64,000 nt of DNA, from the NCBI GenBank assembly GCA_040954595.2, contig CM082583.2, positions 9,100,254 to 9,164,253 on the forward strand, read 5' to 3'. This DNA is from Balanoglossus misakiensis (taxonomy: Eukaryota; Animalia; Hemichordata). The position numbers and the translations under genes were made by a program. The number at the start of each line of letters is the position of its first letter. Positions within the stretch are counted from its first letter, which is position 1. Below the pieces are notes generated by a model that made no database searches, had not been told where the DNA came from, and saw only the letters and a program-made list of their open reading frames with translations. This document shows positions 26,901 to 39,400 of this stretch, one piece after another.

Positions 26901-27317
26901 TGACAAGAAAACGGTCCCCATTCACCTCGACCACGTATGAGAAAGAACGCGTTCTGCATTGAGACTCGAGCATCCGGTCTCGCTCAGGCTGAGCCCTTCG
27001 CGTTCCTCTCCGGAAGAAAGCGAACGGTCACCCCCTTACAGAGTCACTCGATGAGCAAGAGCAGCGACTATTTGTTCTCCGTGTTTATATTTTATAACAA
27101 CAATTGGCACGAACTCAGATAGGAGAGCATTGTCAAGCGGTAAACTGCGCAGCGACGCGGGCGTTTAAAAGCCCTCGCAAGTTGACACACTCACCAGCTG
27201 ACCGAAGCGAGCCACACAGCGTTGAGCTCTGTAGACTGATTGAGTTGCAAGGAGCAACGGCGTACGTAACTGAAACGACTTTTTTTTTCATTCATACCAC
27301 ACTAGGGCTGATCCACG

Positions 27318-27420
27318 ATGTACGCGTCGGTGATTCTTCTCAGTGTCATAGTCCTGTGCCAGCATCTCGGCAGTGTTGCACCGGTGCCGGTCGAGTTCAG
27401 TTTTCCCAGCACCAAACAAG
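27318..27420 (+). CDS. ADAMTS7: ADAMTS exon 1, signal peptide
   Basis: [22 protein letters not shown] hydrophobic leader; donor aag|gttggt, phase 1, matching the exon at 27813. Confidence 0.8.
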
Positions 27421-30400
27421 GTTGGTTTCAATTTTTTTTTGTTTCTCTCTCTCTGAAACTCACACTTTCTAACTCCACTGTGCAATTTCCTTTAAACTGT
27501 CACTAATGGCAACGGGTACCTTCCGGGTAAAAATGTAACTACATATTATTCGGGATCCACTAAATTCTGATGGGAATGGCTTAATGGTTTCAACGCCACG
27601 CCGATTTTACTCGTGGTCCATTCATTCGACGGGGATGAAACGCGCCGTGGACAAGCATCGGGCATTGTTAGTGTTACGGTTTCGGCGTTCGGGATCGCTT
27701 GGCTCCACTTACTTTTCAAAAGGCAGTTTGTTGTACCACCAAAGTGTTTTTCAACGTTACCTTTTCGGTTTGTTTTAATAGTTTAGCGTCTTTGTGTCTG
27801 CTTCACACACAGGTGAGTTCGCACGGAGTCTGGCCGACTATGCCATCGTCACACCGGAGGCAGTGGACCGAGACGGCGGGTTTCTGTCTCACGATCTGAG
27901 CTACCACCGCCGGTTGCAGCGTCGCAGTCTCTCCGGGGCCTCCGACGCCGCTGCCCATTTCAGGATTTCCGTGGACGGCGACCAGCATCTTCTGGCTCTG
28001 ACCAAGAACGACAAACTCCTGGGGCCGGGCTTTGTGGTGGAACGTAAACGTGCAAACATTACAGACTCCAAGATTAGGCAACTCGGACATGATTCTTGCC
28101 ACTATCACGGGCATGTTAAATCAAGGCCGAACTCCAAGGTCGCCATTAGCGACTGCGATGGTCTGGTGAGTAAAAAAAATACATTTTATTTTGGTGACCC
28201 TGACTTCATATGAAATGGGTTCAACAATGCTATAAATTTCTCTTTCAATTCCATGGTTGGATGTCACTGTTTAATAGCTACCCAAGAAAAAAATACCATT
28301 CAGGAAATTTCCATGTTTGCTTACTTATTTCGAAACCTCAAAAGACACACAATTAAGAGCAAAGAAACAAAAGTATTTGCTCCCGGACCTGACAATTTGC
28401 CGCGATTGTTGTTTTTTCCCTCGTATCTTGCCTTTCGACACCCAAACGCGATATATATCAAATATTTATATAACGGTCTCATTCACACGTTTGATTGCAT
28501 GTTTCCCGAATAACTGTAATTGGGCCATAAAACACCGCCCAGGTGGATTACAGCATGAGATTTTTCAAAGAAATCCGTTGAATGGCCAATTTCCATTACG
28601 CTCGGATAAAAAAACGGGGAATTGTTGAGTCGACAGATTATGTAGGTCAGTTCGCCCCATTGTGTGTACTTCTGACGTTAAACAGTGCAGGCGTCTTCTA
28701 ACCACAAGCGACGTGCGGAGTGGCAGACAATGTAAGACGCAAGTGTAAACCGTTCGCGAAATAACCCTTCTCGCTCAGCTTGCCAATGCCAGAGACTTTC
28801 ACCGATCGCGCAGTCGGCATCTCGCGAAAATGGACGGGTCATGGTCTCCAGGGGCAACCACCGGGCTTCCGTTTTGGCTACGTGCGGATGACACTTCCAA
28901 TTAGAGTTAAATTGTCAATGATCAATATAAAACGGCAACCTTGCGATAAACTGTAATCTGAGATATATACCGTGCCGTCCGTCCAACTGTCTGTCACCTC
29001 ACAAGAGCCAATGTCAAGAGGAATTTTTGCGTCAACAACTGTAGTGTTACAACTACATGTATTGATAATCTTGACGTGACAGAGCTCTCCTTCTCAAGGA
29101 GATGTAATCACGCCGTTATCAATCGATTGAGAGAAGTTAGCCCACTGTTGCTAGTGCGTTTACACTATATGCTATAGGCCTACAGCAATGGAGCCAATTT
29201 CTCAGTCACTCTCTATCTATAGACGCCATGCAAACACGGTTATCGTGGTCATCTGTGTGCAGACAATGCTCACCGATTTCTCTCCTTATTTTAATTCTGA
29301 ATTATCAGCCTCAGGAGTGTCCCATAAACGGCCCCCTTTCCAAAAGGAAAGAAAGAGCGGGGGACGGAATGTTCAGACTCTTGTTGTGACGGCCGAATTG
29401 AACACGTCAGATGGCAATAATCCTTTGACCGTTGACATGTGGCCGCCCTTTCAATTCCAATGCAACGGCTGTGACCTTTCGGGATCTGTGGGAACGTCCC
29501 TCCGAAATGCTGCAGTGATCCCGCGGAATCCGCCGGCTCCGCTGTGACCTACCACTTAAACCTTGGAGAAAAAGTCGAATGTCGATCCTTCTAATTAGTT
29601 TTCCACGGTGGTTGTCCCAAGGAAATCGCCGTGTCTTGTTTTCCTATTATCATTATTATTCAAATTATCACTGATGAACTTTCCCCTTCTTTGACTGTCT
29701 TTTCTATCGGATTATTCTCAGAAGGATTACCTTGGATTCGGTCAAAAATAGAGTTGATCTCATATATTAATTAAATGCCCCGTTTCTTAACCCGCGGATC
29801 TTGCTAGCAACGGGTGATATGTACATTGATACATTCATTATTTATTCGCTACTGTCGCTTCTCGTTAATCCCGATAATTAATTTTTATTCAAATATTTAT
29901 GTTGGGCCCACGAGAAATAAACCGCGAATAAAGACCTCAGTTCTCGCCCTATGGAATAACGAGGCTTGCGTATCACAGACGTTTTCAAGTTCACGACTGT
30001 ATTTTTTTTTAATCGAGAAAATTCCCACAGTCTGACAAATAATTCTAACGAATGATGTGAAAAATTATGGAATGCGAAAGCGTGACCTTGCAAGCAAGTG
30101 GACAATTTTCTTACAGCATGAAAAACATGCTCTCGGCTAGTAAGTACTAGTATGTTCTTTAAAACAACTTAATTGCATTGAATACGAATCTGATACCACA
30201 AATAAGTGGCATACCGCTACAGTAACATTTAAACTCTCCGCGGGGTTTCTCAGACGTCCCGCCAGCGCAGTGCTCGCTCTCTCCACCGACGGGTCAACAA
30301 GACGTACGTAAAGCGTAGCCACCTTGCTTTACGCCGGGAGTGGGAATATAGGGTTTCAATGAACCGCGCAGAGAACAAAGGGCGCCCGGGCATTGGGCAC

Positions 30401-33400
30401 GCATTAGCAAATGAATACCAGCCAGGCCCCTGGATTTCCCAGGAACTGCAACCAGCCAACCCGGTGAATGATTCCACGGCATTTTACGCACACTGTTTTC
30501 CGCGATGTGGTCGATAATCAATTACCGCGCGTTGCATATCTGGAAAGGCGAACATCGATAGTCGACGTCTTGAAATAGTTTTCCCAGATGTTTTTGACAG
30601 CGATATGTCCGGTTTACGTTCTGCTGCGCCCACTTACATGTAACAAAGCTGTGAGATCGATTTGTAAAGTGCGAGACGAAGTACCCGGTATGCCAATAAT
30701 ATTACATGCTAGAAATTAACCAAATAATAAAACCGTGGCGATAAACTGCAATGGATTTTCATCGTCCTGTGAAAGTTTGCAGGGGGTGGTGGGATAGGGA
30801 TGGCCATGGTCTTTTAAAATCGGTTTGACAGGAGTGACTGTTACAACCATTATCATCAAGGTATCCATCTGGAATAACCTCCGACGTATCAAGGAAAGGT
30901 CTCATCATAAATGATCACATGCTTTGCATATTTCTTCAGAATCCGAGCGAAACCTTCAGCAGAGCCAATTACGCCCGCCAACACTCAAATGAATCACGCG
31001 CAACGCAACATGTATTCCTGCTAAAGGGGTATAATAAGAAAAATTAAAGAAAAGGTCTTCTCCAACTGAACGTGTCATTGCCCTTTCTCCAAAGTGGATG
31101 AAAATTCTGGTTATCGCGGGAAACGACCCTTGCCAAAAAATAAAACAGTTTTGCATTGACTGTCTAGATGTCAGCTGGACCCGCCAATCATTGACGACGT
31201 ATTACGTCGTAACGGCCCGACTTGTTTGGCTAGCTGTGTACCGAGACTTTAAGGCGATTTGGGTCCGTGGTAGACGCCGCTGGACAAATAGCACGGGGAA
31301 TGTGAAAAAAACAAGGACTTCAATTTTTTTCCCACCGGAGAATTTTAATCTGTGTGCTCAGTGCCACTATCAAATCTTTAAATGTACGCCTGCAGGCGCG
31401 CCATCTTGCTATGATCGCGAGGAGATCAATCAGGAATAAAACAAAGTCTCCGGATCTTAATGTGTGGACACATGTTCCAGACGTCTCTATCATGCACTGC
31501 GTGTATTAATACTCATATAGTTCATATGTGACCCGGGGCTGCTAACTCGTAGACCAGAGATCACTGCTGTATAGGTGTCAGCCAATCGGCATTGCGAACG
31601 TTGCGACTGCAGTTATTTTAATGGGTCTTCTTGTATCATTGCCATTATAATCACGCGTTATCACTATAACGGTATGCGATACCTGTTCAAAGCTGCTACT
31701 GTAAATTTAGTCGCCAATGTTTGCCGATGCTATCTGCCGAAGTTCGTCGACCTGTTGAGTGCCACACAGTCGAACCGTACATATGTGCGATGACGTAACT
31801 CTACACGGCATTCCCTCTTGCCGATGTCCCATCCCAGAATCTGAGACTTTTTCTGGTTTTACAACTGTTTGTTCAGTCAAAGCCAAATATCGATCCCATA
31901 GATGACACCCTGTTCTTTCGTTCATTTTCTCCTGTAAAATGTCGAATTCACTCGGTTGCCTTTCAATGCATCGCCAAGGCCCACCTTCGGTATAGACTAG
32001 ACTCGCTCTCCCTCCTCTTCCTCCTTTCTAACTACCCATATGCCTCGTCCTTCTGACCGAGGCCAAACAAAGCTGAGCTCACCCGTCGAGGTTTTTAGTA
32101 TCTTAAGGGCCCCGTAGGATAGTCACTTTTGAGGAAATTATCTCAATCCCATAAAAAGTAAATGATGTTGACAATTTTCTCTAAGTCGTCCCCTCCCAGA
32201 AGTGAAAAGACAGTGCTTCCATCGGAGGTGGTGTTTTGCCCGCCTGTGCGTCTTTTGTGGTGCATTTTATGGCCACCCTTTGTTTCGACATCATTACAAC
32301 CGTGACACGGCTTGTGTTTTTTTGACCAACTCTAGTGCTGCGAGCGACTTGAATTCGTCGCACTGAATGGAGCACAATGCTCAATTGTAGCAGACTTCAC
32401 TGTTTCAACTGACAAACACTGTGTCGTTTACACTGCTTCTAGATAAATAGCCCAAACGACGGTCATGGTGGCAAGACCTCACCTGTGGAGATCATCCCTC
32501 GGATATCTCCGGACCGTCAGACCGGGCGCGCGAGAAACTATGCTACGAATCCTGGCGAGGTCGGAAGGGTGGGAACAAAGCCGAAACAGGTGGTTCTCAT
32601 TTCACCGAGTTCGCGCATTTTTAACTGTCAGAAAACTCTGGGAAACCCGGTGCTGAGCAGAAGCCCCAAACACATCTGCACAGCATCATTTCGAATTCTC
32701 GCTCGGGGGGGGGGGGGGGGGGGGGGCAAGGCAGATCATCCGTCCCTTCAGCTCAGCTCAAAAAGTGTACCGACTACCTGCCAGTCTAGTCTCGGCGTCT
32801 GCACTTGAACGGCGGACAAACAAAATGTTAGTCTTGGCTGTCAAAGACGGCAAACAGAAGTATACACTTCAGCGATTGATGTGTTTTCCCCGAGTATGTA
32901 TACGGATGTTATGTCAACAAACACTTAGGGTGGAAAGTAACCCATGTTGGGATTTGCACTAGGGTTTTAAGCTTGTCAGTTTGACGTTGACAGAAACAGG
33001 AAATAGATCTCAAAAGATGGATGGGCAGTATGTGTTGATGGATAAATAGATAGACAAATATAGATGGGGAGGTAGATACATGTAGATGGACACATATAGA
33101 TAGATAGATAGATAGATCATATTTTCTTACATTAAATTTTTGATTTTGTATCTCCATCATTCCTGTAGCGAGGATTCATCCACACCGGAAATCAGGGATA
33201 TTTCATCGAACCAGTCCTAGGACATGACTTATCCAAAAATTCCAGACACCCTCATCTGCTGTATAAACCCTCAGATTTGGCCGATGTCCAAGACGGGGGT
33301 CAAACAGACGATGGTCATTTTCACGGCGACCAGGAATCTCAGTCTTGTGGCGTGAAAGGTGAGTGACACCTACTTCGGTGGGTTTCTCCAGGGCTTAAAA

Positions 33401-36400
33401 AAACGAAACACCGTGTTACGTTTGCGACCAAATGATATTCACCCCACCAGCTAATGTCACCTTTTGATGGCAGACGCAAATAAACAAAAGGAATAATTAA
33501 ACAAATTAGTGATCTGTCAATCACGTTGATTGGCAGCATTGTCTTTCTGTCTTCAACACTGATGAGCACATCACTTTGTGGCGTTAACTTCGAACATCGA
33601 TAGTTTGCACAAAGTAGATAGATCTGTTGGAAGAAGGTTGCGAGTCTTCCCAAGATTGATAGCGACCGATATATGACGCCGGGTCTGCAAGAAAGACACG
33701 CGTAAAGCCAGGATTCGTAAAAACCGGAATCCTTATATGATTAAGTCCAACGCTGTAATATCCCTACTTCTATTAACCCACTGCGTACATATTATTGCCC
33801 AGCCAAAGATGCTGTCCCTTTTACGCCATGAGACCTTCGACGTGTGTACTAATTATAGCCATGTCTATAGTCTGTGTATTTTATTGGCTCTGCTAAAATG
33901 CATTTTTGGCAAAGCGAAGAAAGGGGGTAGTAGGCGATTGTGCAGATAAAAGTATTCATAGTGTCGAAACTTATCCGTCTGAAGCGCGACCTACTGAATT
34001 CCGGCCGATTGTAATTCTTACATTTTATTGTAGAAGAGACAGTTCAACTTGTGAAAAGAAAGGCGATTTCCATCAGAATGTCTAGACTTGTGAGTTCATT
34101 AACCTCTTGCAGCCATCGGAGGCTCATCGAGCTCTGGCTAATTCGCGCCAAGAGGGGGTTGAAATTGGAGATCGCCGCAGCTGACGTCGGCAGCCTCGCA
34201 GGTCCTTCCAAGTAATGCGTACCAAATGTGTTGGTTTAATAGTACACAAGTTTCCACGTTGGTTGTGATACGGAGATGTTGATGAAACAACTGCGGAAAG
34301 TCTGCAAAGATTTGACCCTGAACAGGGAATACGACCGCTGTTGAATATCTGTCAACATTAAAGACACTTAGTGTATGTACATTTTAATGACGCCAGTACA
34401 GCCTGTCTCGTTTGAGCAATTCAAAGTCAACTGTCCCGCCTAGCAATTAACTACTAGGAACAAGAGGCTTTTATATATCCGGAGTTCTCTGGTTATTTGC
34501 TTGTTTGTCAGTTTGTTTTCGAATTCCTACATGGAATAAATACCAACATAGCTAAAATCTGCATGTACCACTTGAAGCTCGGGAAACATCGATCAAAATC
34601 CCTGATGGAAAAGTCTAGAATCCATCTCTGTTTCTGCCATCCCAAATTGTATAGGAAAAGATCATAAGGGTCGATTCTGCACGGCTAATAGGATGACTAT
34701 AGGAAATTACCTAGCATAAGCCGATTTTGCTATAATTAGCTTTATAACATGACCCCCCCTCCACACAGACGTTGTCTTTTCAGTCGGGATAGCGATCTCG
34801 TTTGATGGGTTAGACGAGCTGCAATGAGGGTACTGATATTTACAGACTGAATGAACATTGCGCAGGCTGTTTGGGATTCTCACTGTCAGAATTCGTTCTT
34901 CAAGAGGCAAGGTCATCTACAGACCTTTAATCTTGGTCATTATTCACCGTGTCATGCATTCTGTTTCAATACTGTTGGTGGAGGCCTCTTACACCGCCAT
35001 GGTTTAGTGATCAGATGAACTTCGCACTAAATGGAATTGACCGAATATTGTGTTGTTACATGTACGTCGTCACATCTACGCAAGCTAACACTGTAATCTC
35101 CATTGTGCGTTTTGTCGTGCAGTTACCGCGTTTTACGAAACGTTATTATTGAACCATGCCATTCTGTTGCGACAGGGACAAGCCATGACAAGGGCGACTG
35201 GCAGCAAACAGCCCCGGGCACACTTCGATTATTTTATCAATCAAAGGGGGGACCTTCACTTCCTTGGAAAGATTCCCAAAGGTCTTGCGGGCATCAAATA
35301 ATCCTATCATGCGTGGATTCTAACACTACTTAGATGTATCATTGTGTCTGAGTAACAACAAACATCCCACAATCCCCGCCGTACTGAGATTTCTGGCCGG
35401 TGTTTCGGTAATCAAAATCCAGACAGATCACCTCCACATGGTCCAGGCCTCTATCTATCATGATGGATCCTCCACCATACGTCCATGGGAATTAATTTAC
35501 GAGTTTTCACGGCGTTTTTGTCTTTGAGAACCCCCACAAGGATTTGCGAAAATATTACAGGGACACGGGCATGAATGGTTCACATTACACATGATTGATT
35601 AGACGGGAGAAAATTCGAGCCTGTTTGTCTGTTTTTTTCGGGTCCTTCTTTACGGATGTTCCACTTGTCCATGTTGTCGAGGGTCTTCCTGCCCAGACCC
35701 CCCGACTGGGAGTCAAGGTCTGTTCCATTCAAGAGACCAAACTCCTGTGGTCCCTCGAGTAATTCCTTGTCTGCGATACTGGGAGTCAGTGTTGAATTGG
35801 CACTTAACTCCAGTAATGAGAGAATCCTGATCTCTCGAGGAAAGACAAGGACGGGAAACAAACAATTATGACCGGATGTGCGGTATTCCGTTACTCCCCT
35901 AGTCTCGGTTACCCAGAGCCCTCTGCTTCTTCCGTTAGGCACTCCAGAAAGAGGGTCTGGGGAAACCCGGTAGACAAACCGTCAGGCGGAATCGGGACAG
36001 CTGCGATGCATGACGGGAGATTAATATTCCATAATGGCGACGTCCTGCGCGCGAACCTCACGGCCGACATGTATGACATACGATACAGAAAACATGCTGA
36101 GAAGTGCTAGACCTGCTAAAACTGTATACAAATTGAAAAGAGAGAGAGAAGTTTGGTAAATAGTTTTCTAATATCGTCATATCATAATATCGTATCGAAT
36201 ATTAATCTCCCGTCATGCATCGCAGCTGTCCCGATTCCGCCTGACAGTTTGTCTACCGGGTTTCCCCAGACCCTCTTTCTGGAGTGCCCAACGGAAGAAG
36301 CAGAGGGCTCTGGGTAACCGAGACTATTACTCCCCGAGTAATCTTTAGATTATTGCCACTCATTTTTACCCGCTAATTAATTTTCATTGCCCTTCTAAAG

Positions 36401-39400
36401 ATCTGCCCGTTGGGTCCATTTCGAGCAATTCAATTTCAACTGACATGCAGAGACACGGGCATCATGGCGAATGTCCGCGTCGATAAAAGCGAACATTTAT
36501 TTTTCACTTGCATTATTCATCGAAGCCATTGAGCGCCGTCCAATCGCCCCGCGGCACTACTTTATCTGTCAAAACGCCAGTTTACCGGGTCTTAATTTAC
36601 CTTTATGCTGCCTGTTATCTTTGCGTCACACGAGATGTCATTTATCACAATGGTCTTTGTCGCTGACGTCGCAGAAAAGTGCACTTAATTACACAATTGG
36701 GTCTGACCCATGTCATAACTAACCATTTGGGTCGAAACCGACCCAGCTATTTTCTGTCGCTGCCAGAATTGATCGTAATTGCTTTGACGAACACGTCAAT
36801 AAACAAGACAAAACAACCCTTTTAGCAGAGTCGAGGCGACAAGCATCGCACCGGGGTCGACGTCCCGCCAATTGACTGTGGTTGTACTGATCATGACTAT
36901 GCGATGTGCATTAGTTTCATAAATGCCACCAGATGGTACATTGGATTGGCAACGAAAACCGATCGATGATGCAGCACCTGTGTCTGGTACATGCGCTACT
37001 TGTCAATTGGCAGTTCCAGTTGGTCACTGCTATTTACAGATAAACTGCAAATTTCTGGCTGCAGCAATATGATCTCTAATGCAGCTTCGTCTTTCTTTCT
37101 TTTAAAAACTTGTTTTCGTTGCCTGAAATTCCCGACGCATCTGGGCAGGATGGTGAAGATGGGTGCCCCGGGGAAGGATTTCGGACTGTGGCCAAGATCT
37201 TGGCTTTTAATTGGGCAAATAATTGAACCTCCTTCCACGACCTGCCGTCGCGGAGATCCCAGAGAGACGTGAACTTTTTGACAATCAAGAAACTCGCAGA
37301 CTTGTTGTTTTTCTCGTATACTGTTTGATCTTCTATTTGTTAGTCGTCTTCTGTTTGAACTTCTAATTAGACTTGTCGGTTGGTTGGTTCACAGTTGTGT
37401 GACCACTTTTGTTTGTCGTGTTATTGTTATCCGAGTGGTGGACAACAATGGTTGATCAAGCAGAGAGTTCCGGGGACCCTGGACGTCTGAATTCACGCCG
37501 CGAATTAATTTGAAATGCGTATGTCTAAATACGAAAACAGCATGTTATCGAGTGCGGAAAATGAATACGCACTGGATACTACATTTTGTAAAAAAAGTTC
37601 TTTCTTCCCGCCTGACACGATTACTGTTGAGGTGTCAATTTTTGCACTCTTAACACTCTTCTACGCACGGCTATTTATACATATGAAAACGTTCACCTTT
37701 CCGCGAACCTCTGTGACGTACAGAGGGCAGGGCGCCATGCATGGTGAAGTTTTAGTAGAACGGATTTCCATCCGTTATCATTGAACCAAGTCGAGACAAA
37801 TTCATTTCAGTTTTAACCCCCGGGGGAGCAAAAGATCACACCACAGCGGACGTGACTCTTCCATTTTGTTTTCAAGTTTGCAATGCTTGGAAAAAAGGCA
37901 GGACATTCTGCATGTATACGGAGTTTGTAATCCACGCTGACAGCTAAATAGTAAACATCTGTCCATTATCAGCCGCGTTGTCCTTTTCAAAGCTGCAACC
38001 TCTGCGAGATGTGGATGCCTCCCACTGACACGCAATCTGAAGTGGTGTTTTCCGCTGACTCTAGTGTTTTCCAGCGGCCAAATATTAGTGATTCATTCGT
38101 CCCCACCATCCAACATTTCCCACGTCTGTTTAATAGCAAAATCTTGGTCGCTAGCGCTCGGATCAAAACCATCAGCGTCAACCAACCAGCTCTGTCAGCT
38201 GACGATTGTCAAATATGATTTCTTGTTCTACTTCATACACCGTGTCAACATTGCCTGCACGCGTGTAAAATCTGTTTTTATTGTTGACAAATAAATTCAT
38301 GTCCGGACTTAAATTCAATTTTCAACAATAACAATGTAAGCCGTGGTCAGTGTAAGACTGGGCGTTTTCTCCACGCACCAGAGATTTGAACACGAAACGG
38401 CAGTTGATACATCGAACAAAATACTGACAAAAATAGGTTACTAAATGACTGTTACAGCTGATGATGCTTTAAAAGGGCTTCTCCGGACACGCGTTATCAC
38501 TCTTATCTGTGACTCACCCATTATAGCATGCTGTAAAGCAATAAAGAGGGTGGCATCGCGTCCAGAAAAAGAAGTTTCCTCTTTCTTGTGATACAGTGTG
38601 TGGGTAGGCAATCATGCGTTTAACGTTTTTAAAACTGCCGTTATCGCTCGCGGCGCGTGGCTACCACAGATATGCCTAACTTTTAAGGAGAGAGTGAGTC
38701 ACATTTTGACGTTATTTTGTGGGAGCTACTTCTTCTCTACATAGCTGAACACTTGGCTCATCGATAAGCGTCGTTGCTGGTGTTAAAAAGCACATGAAAT
38801 CATCGGGGGCGGCTGCTTGGACGTGTTACGCGATAACAATGATATATGAAATCCCCAATCTGCATGCATGCTACCGCGATGTATCAGACTGGATGGTCAC
38901 CACGTGCCGTCTGCTATACAAGATGTGACTTTCGCGTAAACAGAAAACAAGTGCATTGTCCAAATAATACTGATAGGTCTGGTCGTTTTGATAAGTGGGA
39001 GCGTTGATGATACCCAGATTGCACTGCGGCCCGTCGATTGCGACTGGATATCAACTCAAATAATGTCTACTAGTATATGGCGAGTACTTTGCTACGGACA
39101 GTACAGAAAGAAATCTTGAGTTCTATTTCTGTAAGCTGAGTGTTATCTAAGTATTACACACACCATTTATTAATCGGGTATTCACCAGGGCCTCCCATAC
39201 ATGGACTAAAATCCCCCAGCTTAAACCATAAAACTTGTTTCCCTGATCCACCGCCACAGTCATATATGCAATGTATCCATATTACCGTTATTTTAGATGA
39301 CTGGATTATCAACGATTGCTCTCGACTCGATACGATCGATTATGGTCAGAGATAAGGAATTGCAGAAAGTGTGCCAACTTAAAATGCTAACAGAAATCTG

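Noticed and set aside
35580-36110. ORFs overlapping the MITE as a possible transposase
   Set aside because: They are short, lack a DDE or helicase motif, and cross the element boundary.
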